From contig CAZSKP010000061.1 in assembly GCA_964607485.1 (NCBI GenBank), positions 1-17,644 on the forward strand: a DNA stretch of 17,644 nt, read 5' to 3'. Position numbers and translations under genes: made by a program. The first letter of the stretch is position 1, and every line of letters starts with the position of its first letter. Under the pieces are notes generated by a model. That model did not search any database, had not been told where the DNA came from, and was given only the letters and a program-made list of their open reading frames with translations. This document shows positions 1 through 7,943 of the stretch, one piece after another. The DNA comes from an uncultured bacterium. GTDB lineage: Bacteria; Abyssobacteria; SURF-5.

Positions 1-2
1 GG

Positions 3-3000
3 CACAAACATCGCCCACACGTCTGTCGGGTTTCCCGGCTCGGTCTCACGGAACTTAGTCGTTCCGACGATTGGCTCGGCCGTTTCCGGCGGGCCCGAAT
101 AGATTCCGTAGGCGGCGATCGCCGTTTGACACGTCGGGCCAAGTAACGACAGGGCTTCCTGGAATGAGACTCCCGTTTCATCCAATAGCCGTGCCCGAAT
201 GCATGTACTTGTCGGCACGCGCTGGTTGTCGTCAATCCCCTGGCCCGGATAGGGAAGGAGATCCGCCTCGACGACGACGGGAGCGACGGCGCCGTTTCCG
301 ATGAGGTCTACCGTCACCGTGCCTTCATCGGGGTCGTCCGAAGGAATCTGCACGCTGTCGGTGAATTCTCCTTCGTCGGTCGGTTCGAACCGGACGGTGA
401 ACTCACCCCAATTCCCCGGCTGGAAGGTCTGGCCGGAGCAGTTGTCGGAGACGATGCTGAAAGGCGCGGCGAGCGAATCGATGGTGCCGATCGTGAGGTC
501 GGCTGTCCCATCGTTCGTCACACGAATGGTCACATCTGCCGAGCCCCCGAGGTCCAAAGCGCCGAAGTCATGGTCCTGCGGCGACACGGAAATGTCTTGT
601 TCGAGTCCGTCGCCGGACAGAGAAACCTCGACGGTAGGTTCGTCGGCGTCGTTGGAATAGATGGTGAGGGTCCCGTCGAGCGAGCCTGCTGTCGTTGGGT
701 TGAAACTGACGCTGACTGTGTGCGTGCCGAGCGGAGGCACCGTTGCTGAGGTGCTTCCGGTGAGCGTATAGTTGCTCGCATCCGACAAAACGATGTTGCT
801 TATCGCAAGGTCATCGTCGCCGACATTCGATATTTCGACATCCTGGGCGGACGATGAACTTCCAACGTGCACTCCGCCGAAATCCAGGGTTGTCGATGAG
901 ACGGATATATCCGGCGCGATGTCGGGTATTCCCGTCCCGCTGAACGTGACAACGGTGGGGGTTCCGGTGGTATAGTCGCTGTGGTTGATGGTCAGCGTCG
1001 CATTGAGAGGTCCTGCGGTCGTCGGGTTGAACGTCACCGTGAGGGTACGGGACTGTCCGACATTGAGCGAATTCGGTACCCACTGAATGGGATTTGATCC
1101 GCCGTTGAGGTTCAATGTGTAGTTCGTCGTATCGGAGAGCGTCAGTGGATCGTTGATATACAACCAGTCGGTGCCGTTGTTTGCGATGGTGATCTCCAGA
1201 GGCGTCGACGCAGCGCCGACCGTCACGCTGCCGAACGGGTGGCTCATGGGTGAGACCGATATCTCGGGCGCCGGCAGTACCTCCGCTACACCGATAACCG
1301 TGATGGTGATCGAAGGTTCATCGGAATCATCCGAAGGGACATCGAACGTATCATTGAACGTGCCTTCGCTCGTCGGCTCAAAAATCACGTACATAATGCG
1401 GTAGTTCTGAGTGTCCGTTGGCGGTCCCGGCGGAATGCTTGCTCCCGATGCGTAATCGTTGCCCTTGGAGAAAGGAGGAGCAAGCGGGTTCGCCGATGCG
1501 ACCGTCCCGACATTCAAGTAGTCTCGGCCAATGTTTCGAACCCGAATCCATCCGGACCACGTCTGCCCGACATATATAGGAGCCGATTCGCTTCCTATAT
1601 TGATTGTTGTATTGATCCCTGTTTGCGTCTCGATCTGGATTTCGGGCTCTTCCAGCGGGCCGACGCTGAGTGCGGCGTCGAATTTCGAGATGAAAGCCTC
1701 GCTGCTGCCGCGACCGGTCGGGAATCCCCACAGTTCATCATAGACGCCGCTCGGATACGTCGGATATCCGCTCGGCGGTCCCCACAAAGAGGAGGTTACT
1801 CCCGCGATACACACATTCCCGCCCGACATCGTGATTGCCTGGCCCCTGTCCGCATTCGTGCCGCCAATATAGGTGGAAGGTGAGAGCACTTCCAGATCAT
1901 CACTGATCTTGCAGACGAACACATCGGCGTCGCCCTTCGGGCTGGTCTGAAAGGTACCAGCAGTCACAGGGAAGTTCGATGAGCCCGTCTGGCCAACCAG
2001 ATAAACTCCGTCCGCAGCTCCCGTGAGACCGTAGGCAATGTCGCTTCCCGTGCCGCCTATATAAGTGAAACCTGTGTATGACAGGTCCGACAACAAAAAC
2101 TTGGCCACAAAGACATCGTTGCTGCCATTGTGCGTGTCGTCATACAATCCCGTCCAATGGATCGGAATGTTCGAAGAACTCGTGTACCCGCTCACCAGGA
2201 GAACCGAGCTGCGTACTCCCATGTCGGTAGGGATGTCATCACCGGAGCCGTCGAGAATGATCGACGCAACGAGCGTGTCCAGATCGTCCTGGAAACATGC
2301 TACGAAGACACCGGCGTCCAGCCAACTGGCCTTCTGCGTACCCGTCGTAATGGGTATATCTATCGAATACGTTGCGCCCGTTATGTACACCGGACCGTCG
2401 GAGGCGTCCGCGCGCTTGACGTAGTCGTTATTCGTCCCTCCAAAAAGGGTCGAATAGGACAGCGTTGACAAATCGTCGGAAAAGACCGACACGAATGCAT
2501 TATATCCAGTGCTGGCAGCGCCGGGATTTCCTGCCAATACTTTTATGTCATCTACCGTTTCGGCATAGGCGCCCGTCGTCGTTGTGAAATCCGTCGAGTT
2601 CGTCGAGCCTCCAACGAAGATGCCTCCATATTTTCCGCGTGAGATCGAAAGGTACTCGCTGGCTCCTCCTTGTCCTCCATCGTAACCGTTCGTGCCGCCG
2701 AGATAGGTGCCGGATTGCAGAGTCATGTTGGCGCCGTTGAGCCTGGCCACGAACACTTCGGTGCTGTTGATGACGCTGTTGTTCGTCGTGTAGGCCCCTC
2801 CCGGCGTGGGAAAGTCAGTCGAGTAGGTGTATCCTCCCACCCACACGGTCTTCGTGGCCGGGTCCACGGCCATATCCAGGATGTAGTCATCGACGCTGCC
2901 TCCGATATATGTCGAGGCTACAAGCGTCGTCAGATCTCCGCTGAGGCAGGAAACAAATCCGTCAATGGCGCTGAGGGTCGTGTCGTGAGCTCCGGGCGTA

Positions 3001-3875
3001 GTCGGGAAATCACTCGATGCGTGAAAGCCGGCCACATAGATATTTCCGTCGGAGTCGGCCCCTATCGCCCTGACTTCTTCAGCATATATTGCGCTGCTGC
3101 CGCCGAGAACAGTGGAAGCGAGAAGCGGGTCGATGACAAGGTCCTTGGACTTGTCGTATGCGCCCACGGCGAAGCCGTATTCCTCGCCCTCCAGGGTATA
3201 GGCAACCTGGACAAACTGTCTATTCCCCCCGATTTCCTGGTAGGCCACCGGCTTCGTGAATGTCGCCGTTCCCAGTTCGGTTTCAACTGCAAGCTCTCCC
3301 GAGGACGTAACCGAGAGAGTTTTTGCGCCGTGAATGCTCATCCTGATTCGGTCGGGGTCGGCGCTGGGTTTGACACAGAACAGTTTCTCGACGTTGTTTC
3401 CATGAGCCTTGAGCTTGACCTCGATCCCGCTATACACCTCTCCGAGGCTGACGAGGTCGAATGTGGGAAGGTCTGTCCTCCATTGTGAAGGATCGTTTCC
3501 GATGTACACATTGAGTGTGGCTGTGGATCTTCCCAGGCCTCGCACCTCTTTGCTCGTACCTCCCAAGAACTCCTCTTTGAGAGTCAACTCGTCTGCAGTT
3601 TCATCCTCCTTCGTCGCAGGGAAGGAATAGAAGATTTCGCCCTCGTGCGTGACGAAAACCGTTCCTCCGAACGTCTTGGCGTAATACTTCACCGCCTCAT
3701 CCGCCTGGCCTTTGTTCTCCACAAACGGAACGTGTAGCGACCGAACTTTGCCGAGCGCCTCGGCCCCGAGCGGTTCTTTGAGAACCGCCCCGATCGCAGT
3801 AGTGCTGAAGCAGAAAAGGACGAGAAGAAGTGCTGACCCAAGAATCGTGATCTGCTTATGGTCTCCGCGCCTCAT
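3..3875 (-). CDS. Large secreted/surface protein: signal peptide, N-terminal domain of SBBP-associated type, 7 SBBP beta-propeller repeats, 4 choice-of-anchor D (ASPM-SPD-2-Hydin-like) Ig domains; 3' end outside window (>1291 aa)
   Basis: ATG at 3875 (CAT 3873-3875) with AAGGAG RBS upstream. Manual translation gives MRRGDHKQITILGSALLLVLFCFSTTAIGA (signal peptide), then VPFVENKGQADEAVKYYA...IDPLLAST. Seven repeats begin STVLGGS, STYIGGS, GTYLGGT, STLFGGT, SIILDGS, FTYIGGT, STYIGGT, most with S-x-[DN]-[FI]-P and FV-x-x motifs (~1680-3120). Four ~100-aa domains of the type PDISVSSTTLDFGGVHVG...VSFNPT...IYSNDADEP lie at ~290-1650. The frame is open to position 3. Confidence 0.9.
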   Translation of the reverse strand, partial: MRRGDHKQITILGSALLLVLFCFSTTAIGAVLKEPLGAEALGKVRSLHVPFVENKGQADEAVKYYAKTFGGTVFVTHEGEIFYSFPATKEDETADELTLKEEFLGGTSKEVRGLGRSTATLNVYIGNDPSQWRTDLPTFDLVSLGEVYSGIEVKLKAHGNNVEKLFCVKPSADPDRIRMSIHGAKTLSVTSSGELAVETELGTATFTKPVAYQEIGGNRQFVQVAYTLEGEEYGFAVGAYDKSKDLVIDPLLASTVLGGSSAIYAEEVRAIGADSDGNIYVAGFHASSDFPTTPGAHDTTLSAIDGFVSCLSGDLTTLVASTYIGGSVDDYILDMAVDPATKTVWVGGYTYSTDFPTPGGAYTTNNSVINSTEVFVARLNGANMTLQSGTYLGGTNGYDGGQGGASEYLSISRGKYGGIFVGGSTNSTDFTTTTGAYAETVDDIKVLAGNPGAASTGYNAFVSVFSDDLSTLSYSTLFGGTNNDYVKRADASDGPVYITGATYSIDIPITTGTQKASWLDAGVFVACFQDDLDTLVASIILDGSGDDIPTDMGVRSSVLLVSGYTSSSNIPIHWTGLYDDTHNGSNDVFVAKFLLSDLSYTGFTYIGGTGSDIAYGLTGAADGVYLVGQTGSSNFPVTAGTFQTSPKGDADVFVCKISDDLEVLSPSTYIGGTNADRGQAITMSGGNVCIAGVTSSLWGPPSGYPTYPSGVYDELWGFPTGRGSSEAFISKFDAALSVGPLEEPEIQIETQTGINTTINIGSESAPIYVGQTWSGWIRVRNIGRDYLNVGTVASANPLAPPFSKGNDYASGASIPPGPPTDTQNYRIMYVIFEPTSEGTFNDTFDVPSDDSDEPSITITVIGVAEVLPAPEISVSPMSHPFGSVTVGAASTPLEITIANNGTDWLYINDPLTLSDTTNYTLNLNGGSNPIQWVPNSLNVGQSRTLTVTFNPTTAGPLNATLTINHSDYTTGTPTVVTFSGTGIPDIAPDISVSSTTLDFGGVHVGSSSSAQDVEISNVGDDDLAISNIVLSDASNYTLTGSTSATVPPLGTHTVSVSFNPTTAGSLDGTLTIYSNDADEPTVEVSLSGDGLEQDISVSPQDHDFGALDLGGSADVTIRVTNDGTADLTIGTIDSLAAPFSIVSDNCSGQTFQPGNWGEFTVRFEPTDEGEFTDSVQIPSDDPDEGTVTVDLIGNGAVAPVVVEADLLPYPGQGIDDNQRVPTSTCIRARLLDETGVSFQEALSLLGPTCQTAIAAYGIYSGPPETAEPIVGTTKFRETEPGNPTDVWAMFV

Positions 3876-4500
3876 GACCCACTCCTTGTTTGTGCCCGCG
3901 AGCCTGTGCAGACTCTCCTCCCTTGTAAGGCCGAACGCGCCGAGCACTCTCGACACCACGACCGCTATTTCAATCGCCTGGGGAAAGCCGGACCCAAGCG
4001 AGAACATAACACAGGGATTATTTTAGTTGCACAGCAAATAGTGCTATGTTTTGTCCCGCATGCCGGAAGAGTTTAAGAGCGTCTCTTTGGGGTGAAACGA
4101 GATATATCACATCGGAACGAAGGAAGTCAAGCCCTTTTAATTATTTGAACATTATGGAGTTAGAATTAATAGCCGGTGTCGTGCGGTTTATCTCTTTGAG
4201 GATAGGTCTTCCAGTGTGTGATGTCTTGTCGAAGCAGCCATACCCCCAGCGTCCTCGATAAGTTCGGGGCTGGTCCTACGACGGCAACCACGCTTAACTA
4301 AGAGGTGAAAAAGTGGAGGGCGGTCATTGTGGTAGGAGGAGCGCGAGGCAGGCGGATGCCCGGGACGGCTTTCATGCCACCCAAAGTGTACGGGGCGTTC
4401 GGTGTGAAGTGACGAGGCATAGGTAACAGGCTATGCCACCACATGGGTTACAGTTTCTCTTCTTCGAGGAACGGAGCGAATGGCGTCGCCCGAAGCGGAT

Positions 4501-4528
4501 TTGACAATAAGAGAGAAAAGTGTATAAT
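4501..4528 (+). promoter_or_regulatory. Sigma70 promoter of the tRNA-Lys/tRNA-Glu operon
   Basis: Perfect TTGACA (4501-4506), 16-bp spacer and TATAAT (4523-4528). The 16-bp spacing and the GC-rich sequence downstream resemble stable-RNA promoters. Confidence 0.85.
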
Positions 4529-4544
4529 TGTCGTGGGGCGGGAG

Positions 4545-4578
4545 GAGCCTTGCCACATTTTCAAGGCTCATTTTTTTT
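4545..4578 (+). terminator. Intrinsic terminator/attenuator-like hairpin in the tRNA leader
   Basis: Perfect 8-bp stem GAGCCTTG (4545-4552)/CAAGGCTC (4562-4569), 9-nt loop, then A and T8 (4571-4578). Confidence 0.65.
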
Positions 4579-4613
4579 GAAGGCGTGGTGAGAGACCGCC
4601 CTTCCGGACCGAT

Positions 4614-4686
4614 GGGTGGGTAGCTCAGGTGGTAGAGCATCGGCCTTTTAAGCCGGTGGCCGAGGGTTCGAGTCCCTCCCCACTCA
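4614..4686 (+). tRNA. tRNA-Lys (anticodon UUU)
   Basis: Cloverleaf: acceptor GGGTGGG/CCCACTC, D-arm GCTC/GAGC, anticodon arm TCGGC-CT TTT AA-GCCGG, T-arm GAGGG-TTCGAGT-CCCTC, discriminator A. CCA not encoded. Confidence 0.97.
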
Positions 4687-4695
4687 CCCCAACTT

Positions 4696-4768
4696 GTCCC
4701 CATCGTCTAGTGGCCCAGGACTCCGGCCTTTCACGCCGGCAACAGGGGTTCGACTCCCCTTGGGGACG
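4696..4768 (+). tRNA. tRNA-Glu (anticodon UUC)
   Basis: Cloverleaf: acceptor GTCCCCA/TGGGGAC, anticodon arm CCGGC-CT TTC AC-GCCGG, T-arm AGGGG-TTCGACT-CCCCT, discriminator G. CCA not encoded. Confidence 0.97.
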
Positions 4769-4813
4769 CCCTCAATTCAAGGATAGTCAATGGAACCGGC
4801 TTCACAGAAATGG

Positions 4814-4850
4814 AAGAAATCCCCTCCTTTTGGCGCGGGGTTTCTTTTCT
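4814..4850 (+). terminator. Probable intrinsic terminator of the tRNA operon
   Basis: AAGAAATCCC/GGGGTTTCTT inverted repeat running into TTTCTTTTCT, about 45 nt after tRNA-Glu. Confidence 0.55.
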
Positions 4851-4936
4851 TCTTCAACTAACTTTTTCCCTTGTAATGCAGCCGGCTACCGCCCAATTTA
4901 CGCAGGCGGCCTTGTGGAACAAGAACATTTCGGCTT

Positions 4937-4963
4937 TTTACAATATCTTTCCTCTGCTATAAT
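4937..4963 (+). promoter_or_regulatory. Extended -10 promoter for the methyltransferase/endonuclease cassette
   Basis: TG-C-TATAAT at 4955-4963 with TTTACA at 4937-4942 (15-bp spacer), about 50 nt before the start codon. Confidence 0.55.
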
Positions 4964-5018
4964 AAACTGATTGTGATTTTTGCAACGCCTTTTTTAATAA
5001 GGGATCATGGAGTTTTAC

Positions 5019-6311
5019 ATGGATCGGCGGACACAAATCCGACAGTTGAGTTTTCATTTTGAGACCGAGAAAAGGCATAGTAACTCCACTTTTTCTGATA
5101 ATATTTCCCTCCCTATCCATCGATGGTTTCGCTACTCGGCTGGTTTTTCCGCTCTCTGGGCTGAAGATGTGATAGATCGCGAGAAAGCGCAAGGGAGAAG
5201 AACGGTCCTCGACCCCTTTGCTGGCTCAGCTACTGTGCTTCTGGAAGCAGAACTTTGTAATATTCATTCAGTTGGCATTGAAGCACATCCCTTTGTTGCT
5301 CGTCTTGCTAAGGCCAAACTCTTGTGGCGCGAAGACCCTAAAGCCTACAGAGAGTATGCTCTTTCCATCCTGAATGAAGCTCGCAACAGCCAAGGGGACA
5401 TCACAGGTTATCCTCGACTTATCGAGAAGTGTTTTCCGCCAGAGGTATTATGTCATCTCGATTGCTTACGAAGAGCATGGACAAAATTGGCTGACGGCTC
5501 TGCCCTTTCTGAACTCGCATGGCTAACCTTGGCGTCCATCCTGAGAGAATGCTCACCGGTGGGGACCGCGCAATGGCAGTATGTTCTTCCCAGAAAGACA
5601 AAAGCAAAGCCACTTGCCCCCTATGAAGCGTTTGAGGCAAAGATTTACCTGGTGAGCGATGACATGACCAAACGACAACGTCGTCACCATGGGCCGAAGG
5701 CTGTACTCAAATCAGAAGATGCCAGAAACTGTTTTTCTGTTGACGACGGGTGGGCAGACCTAATAATCACTTCACCACCATACGCCAATAACTATGATTA
5801 CGCCGATGCAACACGTCTCGAGATGAGTTTCTTTGGTGAAGTGAAGCGCTGGAGTGACCTTCAAGACGCGGTCCGTAAGCACCTCATTCGGTCCTGTACC
5901 CAACACGTAGCTGTTCTTGAAGACAAGACTTACACAATTATCGAGGATTCCCTTCTCGATCCCATAAGAAAGGAAATTATCCAGACCTGCAGAAAACTAG
6001 AGACGGAAAGAAAAGAACACGCTGGCAAGAAGCCGTACCATACGATGATAGCCGCATACTTCAAGGATATGGCCAAAATATGGGTGACCTTAAGACGAGT
6101 CGCACGAAAAGGCTGCCTGGTTTGTTTCGTCATCGGCGACTCCGCGCCATATGGAATCCATGTTCCCGTGGATACCTGGCTAGGCGAGCTAGCTCTTGCC
6201 GCCGGTTTCGAATCGTTTCGATTTGAAAAAACCAGAGATAGGAATGTGAAATGGAAAAACCGAAAACACCGAGTTCCCCTTCATGAAGGAAATCTCTGGA
6301 TACAAGGATAA
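5019..6311 (+). CDS. DNA amino-methyltransferase, alpha class, probably N4-cytosine (type II R-M modification subunit)
   Basis: HRWFRYSAGFS (motif X-like) and VLDPFAGSAT (motif I, SAM binding) near the N-terminus, a long variable region, then IITSPPY (motif IV, SPPY) and FVIGDS. ATG 5019 has GGAG 6 nt upstream; ATG 5007 is the alternative start. Confidence 0.9.
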   Translation: MDRRTQIRQLSFHFETEKRHSNSTFSDNISLPIHRWFRYSAGFSALWAEDVIDREKAQGRRTVLDPFAGSATVLLEAELCNIHSVGIEAHPFVARLAKAKLLWREDPKAYREYALSILNEARNSQGDITGYPRLIEKCFPPEVLCHLDCLRRAWTKLADGSALSELAWLTLASILRECSPVGTAQWQYVLPRKTKAKPLAPYEAFEAKIYLVSDDMTKRQRRHHGPKAVLKSEDARNCFSVDDGWADLIITSPPYANNYDYADATRLEMSFFGEVKRWSDLQDAVRKHLIRSCTQHVAVLEDKTYTIIEDSLLDPIRKEIIQTCRKLETERKEHAGKKPYHTMIAAYFKDMAKIWVTLRRVARKGCLVCFVIGDSAPYGIHVPVDTWLGELALAAGFESFRFEKTRDRNVKWKNRKHRVPLHEGNLWIQG

Positions 6312-6314
6312 TAG

Positions 6315-7196
6315 ATGGCAAAATCTCCATCGCACAAGTTCGGCCAGATCCTCGGCGACGTGTTAGAAGCAGCCGTTGAGCCACTCCTGCGACAATTTGC
6401 TGATAGACATGGCCTTTACCTTGATAAGAAAGGACCACGTCCTGCAAGAACAGGGAAAAAAGTGAGATGGGCCGACAAATACGGAAATTCACATGATTTG
6501 GACTACGTATTGGAGAAAGATGGCACGCCTACCGAAATGGGACATCCTGTCGCATTCATAGAGACAAGTTGGCGGAGATATACAAAACATTCCAGAAACA
6601 AAGCACAGGAAATACAGGGTGCCATATTGCCACTTGTCGCGAGTCACCAAAATGTCGCCCCTTTTATCGGAGTGATATTGGCAGGAGTTTTCACTGAAGG
6701 AGCATTGACTCAGCTGATGTCGCTCGGTTTTAGAATTCTCTATTTCCCTTACGACTCGATTATCGCTGCATTCAGTGATGTAGGTATAGATGCATATTTC
6801 GATGAGCGAACCCCCGATGCCAATCTCGCGAGGAAGGTTCGAACATGGGAAAACTTACCTGCCTCTGAGTCTAAGAAAGTGTCCAAGGCACTCATTGACA
6901 TTAACTCAACAGAAATACAGCAGTTTATGCACGCCCTCGAGGTTGCGGTTACAAGAGAAATTCAGTGCATTTTCGTGCTTCCGCTTCACGGAACCAAGTT
7001 CGAACTGACTTCTGTCGGCGAGGCCATCGCCTTCATTGAAAACTACGTCGAGAAGGATAATTTCCAACCTGTCGTCAAGTATGAGGTCGAAATTCGTTAC
7101 AACAACGGGGATCGGATCGAGGCCCAATTTACAGATAAAGAGACTGCAATCCGCTTTCTCCGTAGCTACCAATTTCCCGACATCCGTCCTTGCTGA
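6315..7196 (+). CDS. Putative type II restriction endonuclease (PD-(D/E)xK-like), 293 aa
   Basis: Starts 3 nt after the MTase stop. Helix with LE, then HDLDYVLE...AFIETSWRR...KAQE and a later hydrophobic strand (FIGVILAG), consistent with a restriction-nuclease core. The call rests on gene context plus motif. Confidence 0.65.
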   Translation: MAKSPSHKFGQILGDVLEAAVEPLLRQFADRHGLYLDKKGPRPARTGKKVRWADKYGNSHDLDYVLEKDGTPTEMGHPVAFIETSWRRYTKHSRNKAQEIQGAILPLVASHQNVAPFIGVILAGVFTEGALTQLMSLGFRILYFPYDSIIAAFSDVGIDAYFDERTPDANLARKVRTWENLPASESKKVSKALIDINSTEIQQFMHALEVAVTREIQCIFVLPLHGTKFELTSVGEAIAFIENYVEKDNFQPVVKYEVEIRYNNGDRIEAQFTDKETAIRFLRSYQFPDIRPC

Positions 7197-7451
7197 TAAA
7201 TATCCTCGGCGTCGAAATCAACAGGCACTGTAACAAAAACCTCTCGCTCTATCTCTCATTGCGTCACCAACTGCTCTTTGAGGGGAGCGTTGTTTCAGTC
7301 TGCGCTCAACTTTCCGCTGCTGAATTCTCTTAGTATATCGGGAAAACATCGCGGCAGGGTCATGGCAATCAATCTCTCCAAGGTATGGATAAGGTCTGAA
7401 CCCTGCCTGATTTTCCAAGCCGGAAATCTGAACGATAATCCGAAGGTTCTG

Positions 7452-7895
7452 CTATTCCGTCGCGCCCGTTTCCTCCGGCGGGCTCGCCACGGGCTGTGCT
7501 TCTTCGCCGATGGTGAAGTCGAGCGATTGCAGAACATTGCAGTCGGCGTCGGTGATATCGACGCGCCACTTGCCGGTCCAGCTCGGCAGGATGCGCTTCG
7601 AGCTGTAAGTGCGAAACATCGGCGAGCCTATATCCAGCTTGACGATGGCCTTCTCTTTTTCACCATAGTAATAGATGTGCATGATCGACGTGCCCTGGCC
7701 GTCTTTTATCTTCGACCAGCACCATATCTTGCCGACGTCGGCAGGAAACGCAACCCCCACATCCACCGGCTGCCGGTCCTGAACGTCCGAGCAAACGACG
7801 GCCTCGGCCACCTCGACGGCGAAGCACACACCAGGCGCCAGTACTAAGAGCAGAACTGTAAGTAGAACAACGCTTCTCATCTTCATCGTCATCAT
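7452..7895 (-). CDS. DUF2914 domain-containing exported protein
   Basis: Signal peptide (MKMRSVVLLTVLLLVLAPGVCFA), then AVVCSDVQDRQPVD...IWCWSKI...HIYYY...FRTYSSKRILPSWTGKWRVDI, typical of DUF2914. Purine-rich RBS before ATG 7895/7892. Confidence 0.85.
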   Translation of the reverse strand: MMTMKMRSVVLLTVLLLVLAPGVCFAVEVAEAVVCSDVQDRQPVDVGVAFPADVGKIWCWSKIKDGQGTSIMHIYYYGEKEKAIVKLDIGSPMFRTYSSKRILPSWTGKWRVDITDADCNVLQSLDFTIGEEAQPVASPPEETGATE

Positions 7896-7943
7896 CCTTT
7901 CCCCTTTATCCAACCTCCGTTTTCGATACATTCTCACGAAATC

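Noticed and set aside
71..3630. Many + strand and off-frame ORFs (e.g. 2670..3488, 301..660)
   Set aside because: They are shadows of the long minus-strand SBBP/Ig gene, which has a clear RBS, signal peptide and repeat structure.
4431..4970. ORFs 4431..4703 (-) and 4629..4970 (+)
   Set aside because: They overlap the two tRNA genes and their promoter, and show no protein-like features.
4740..7451. Integrative element with attL/attR at tRNA-Glu
   Set aside because: No repeat of the tRNA-Glu 3' end and no integrase gene were found downstream in the window.
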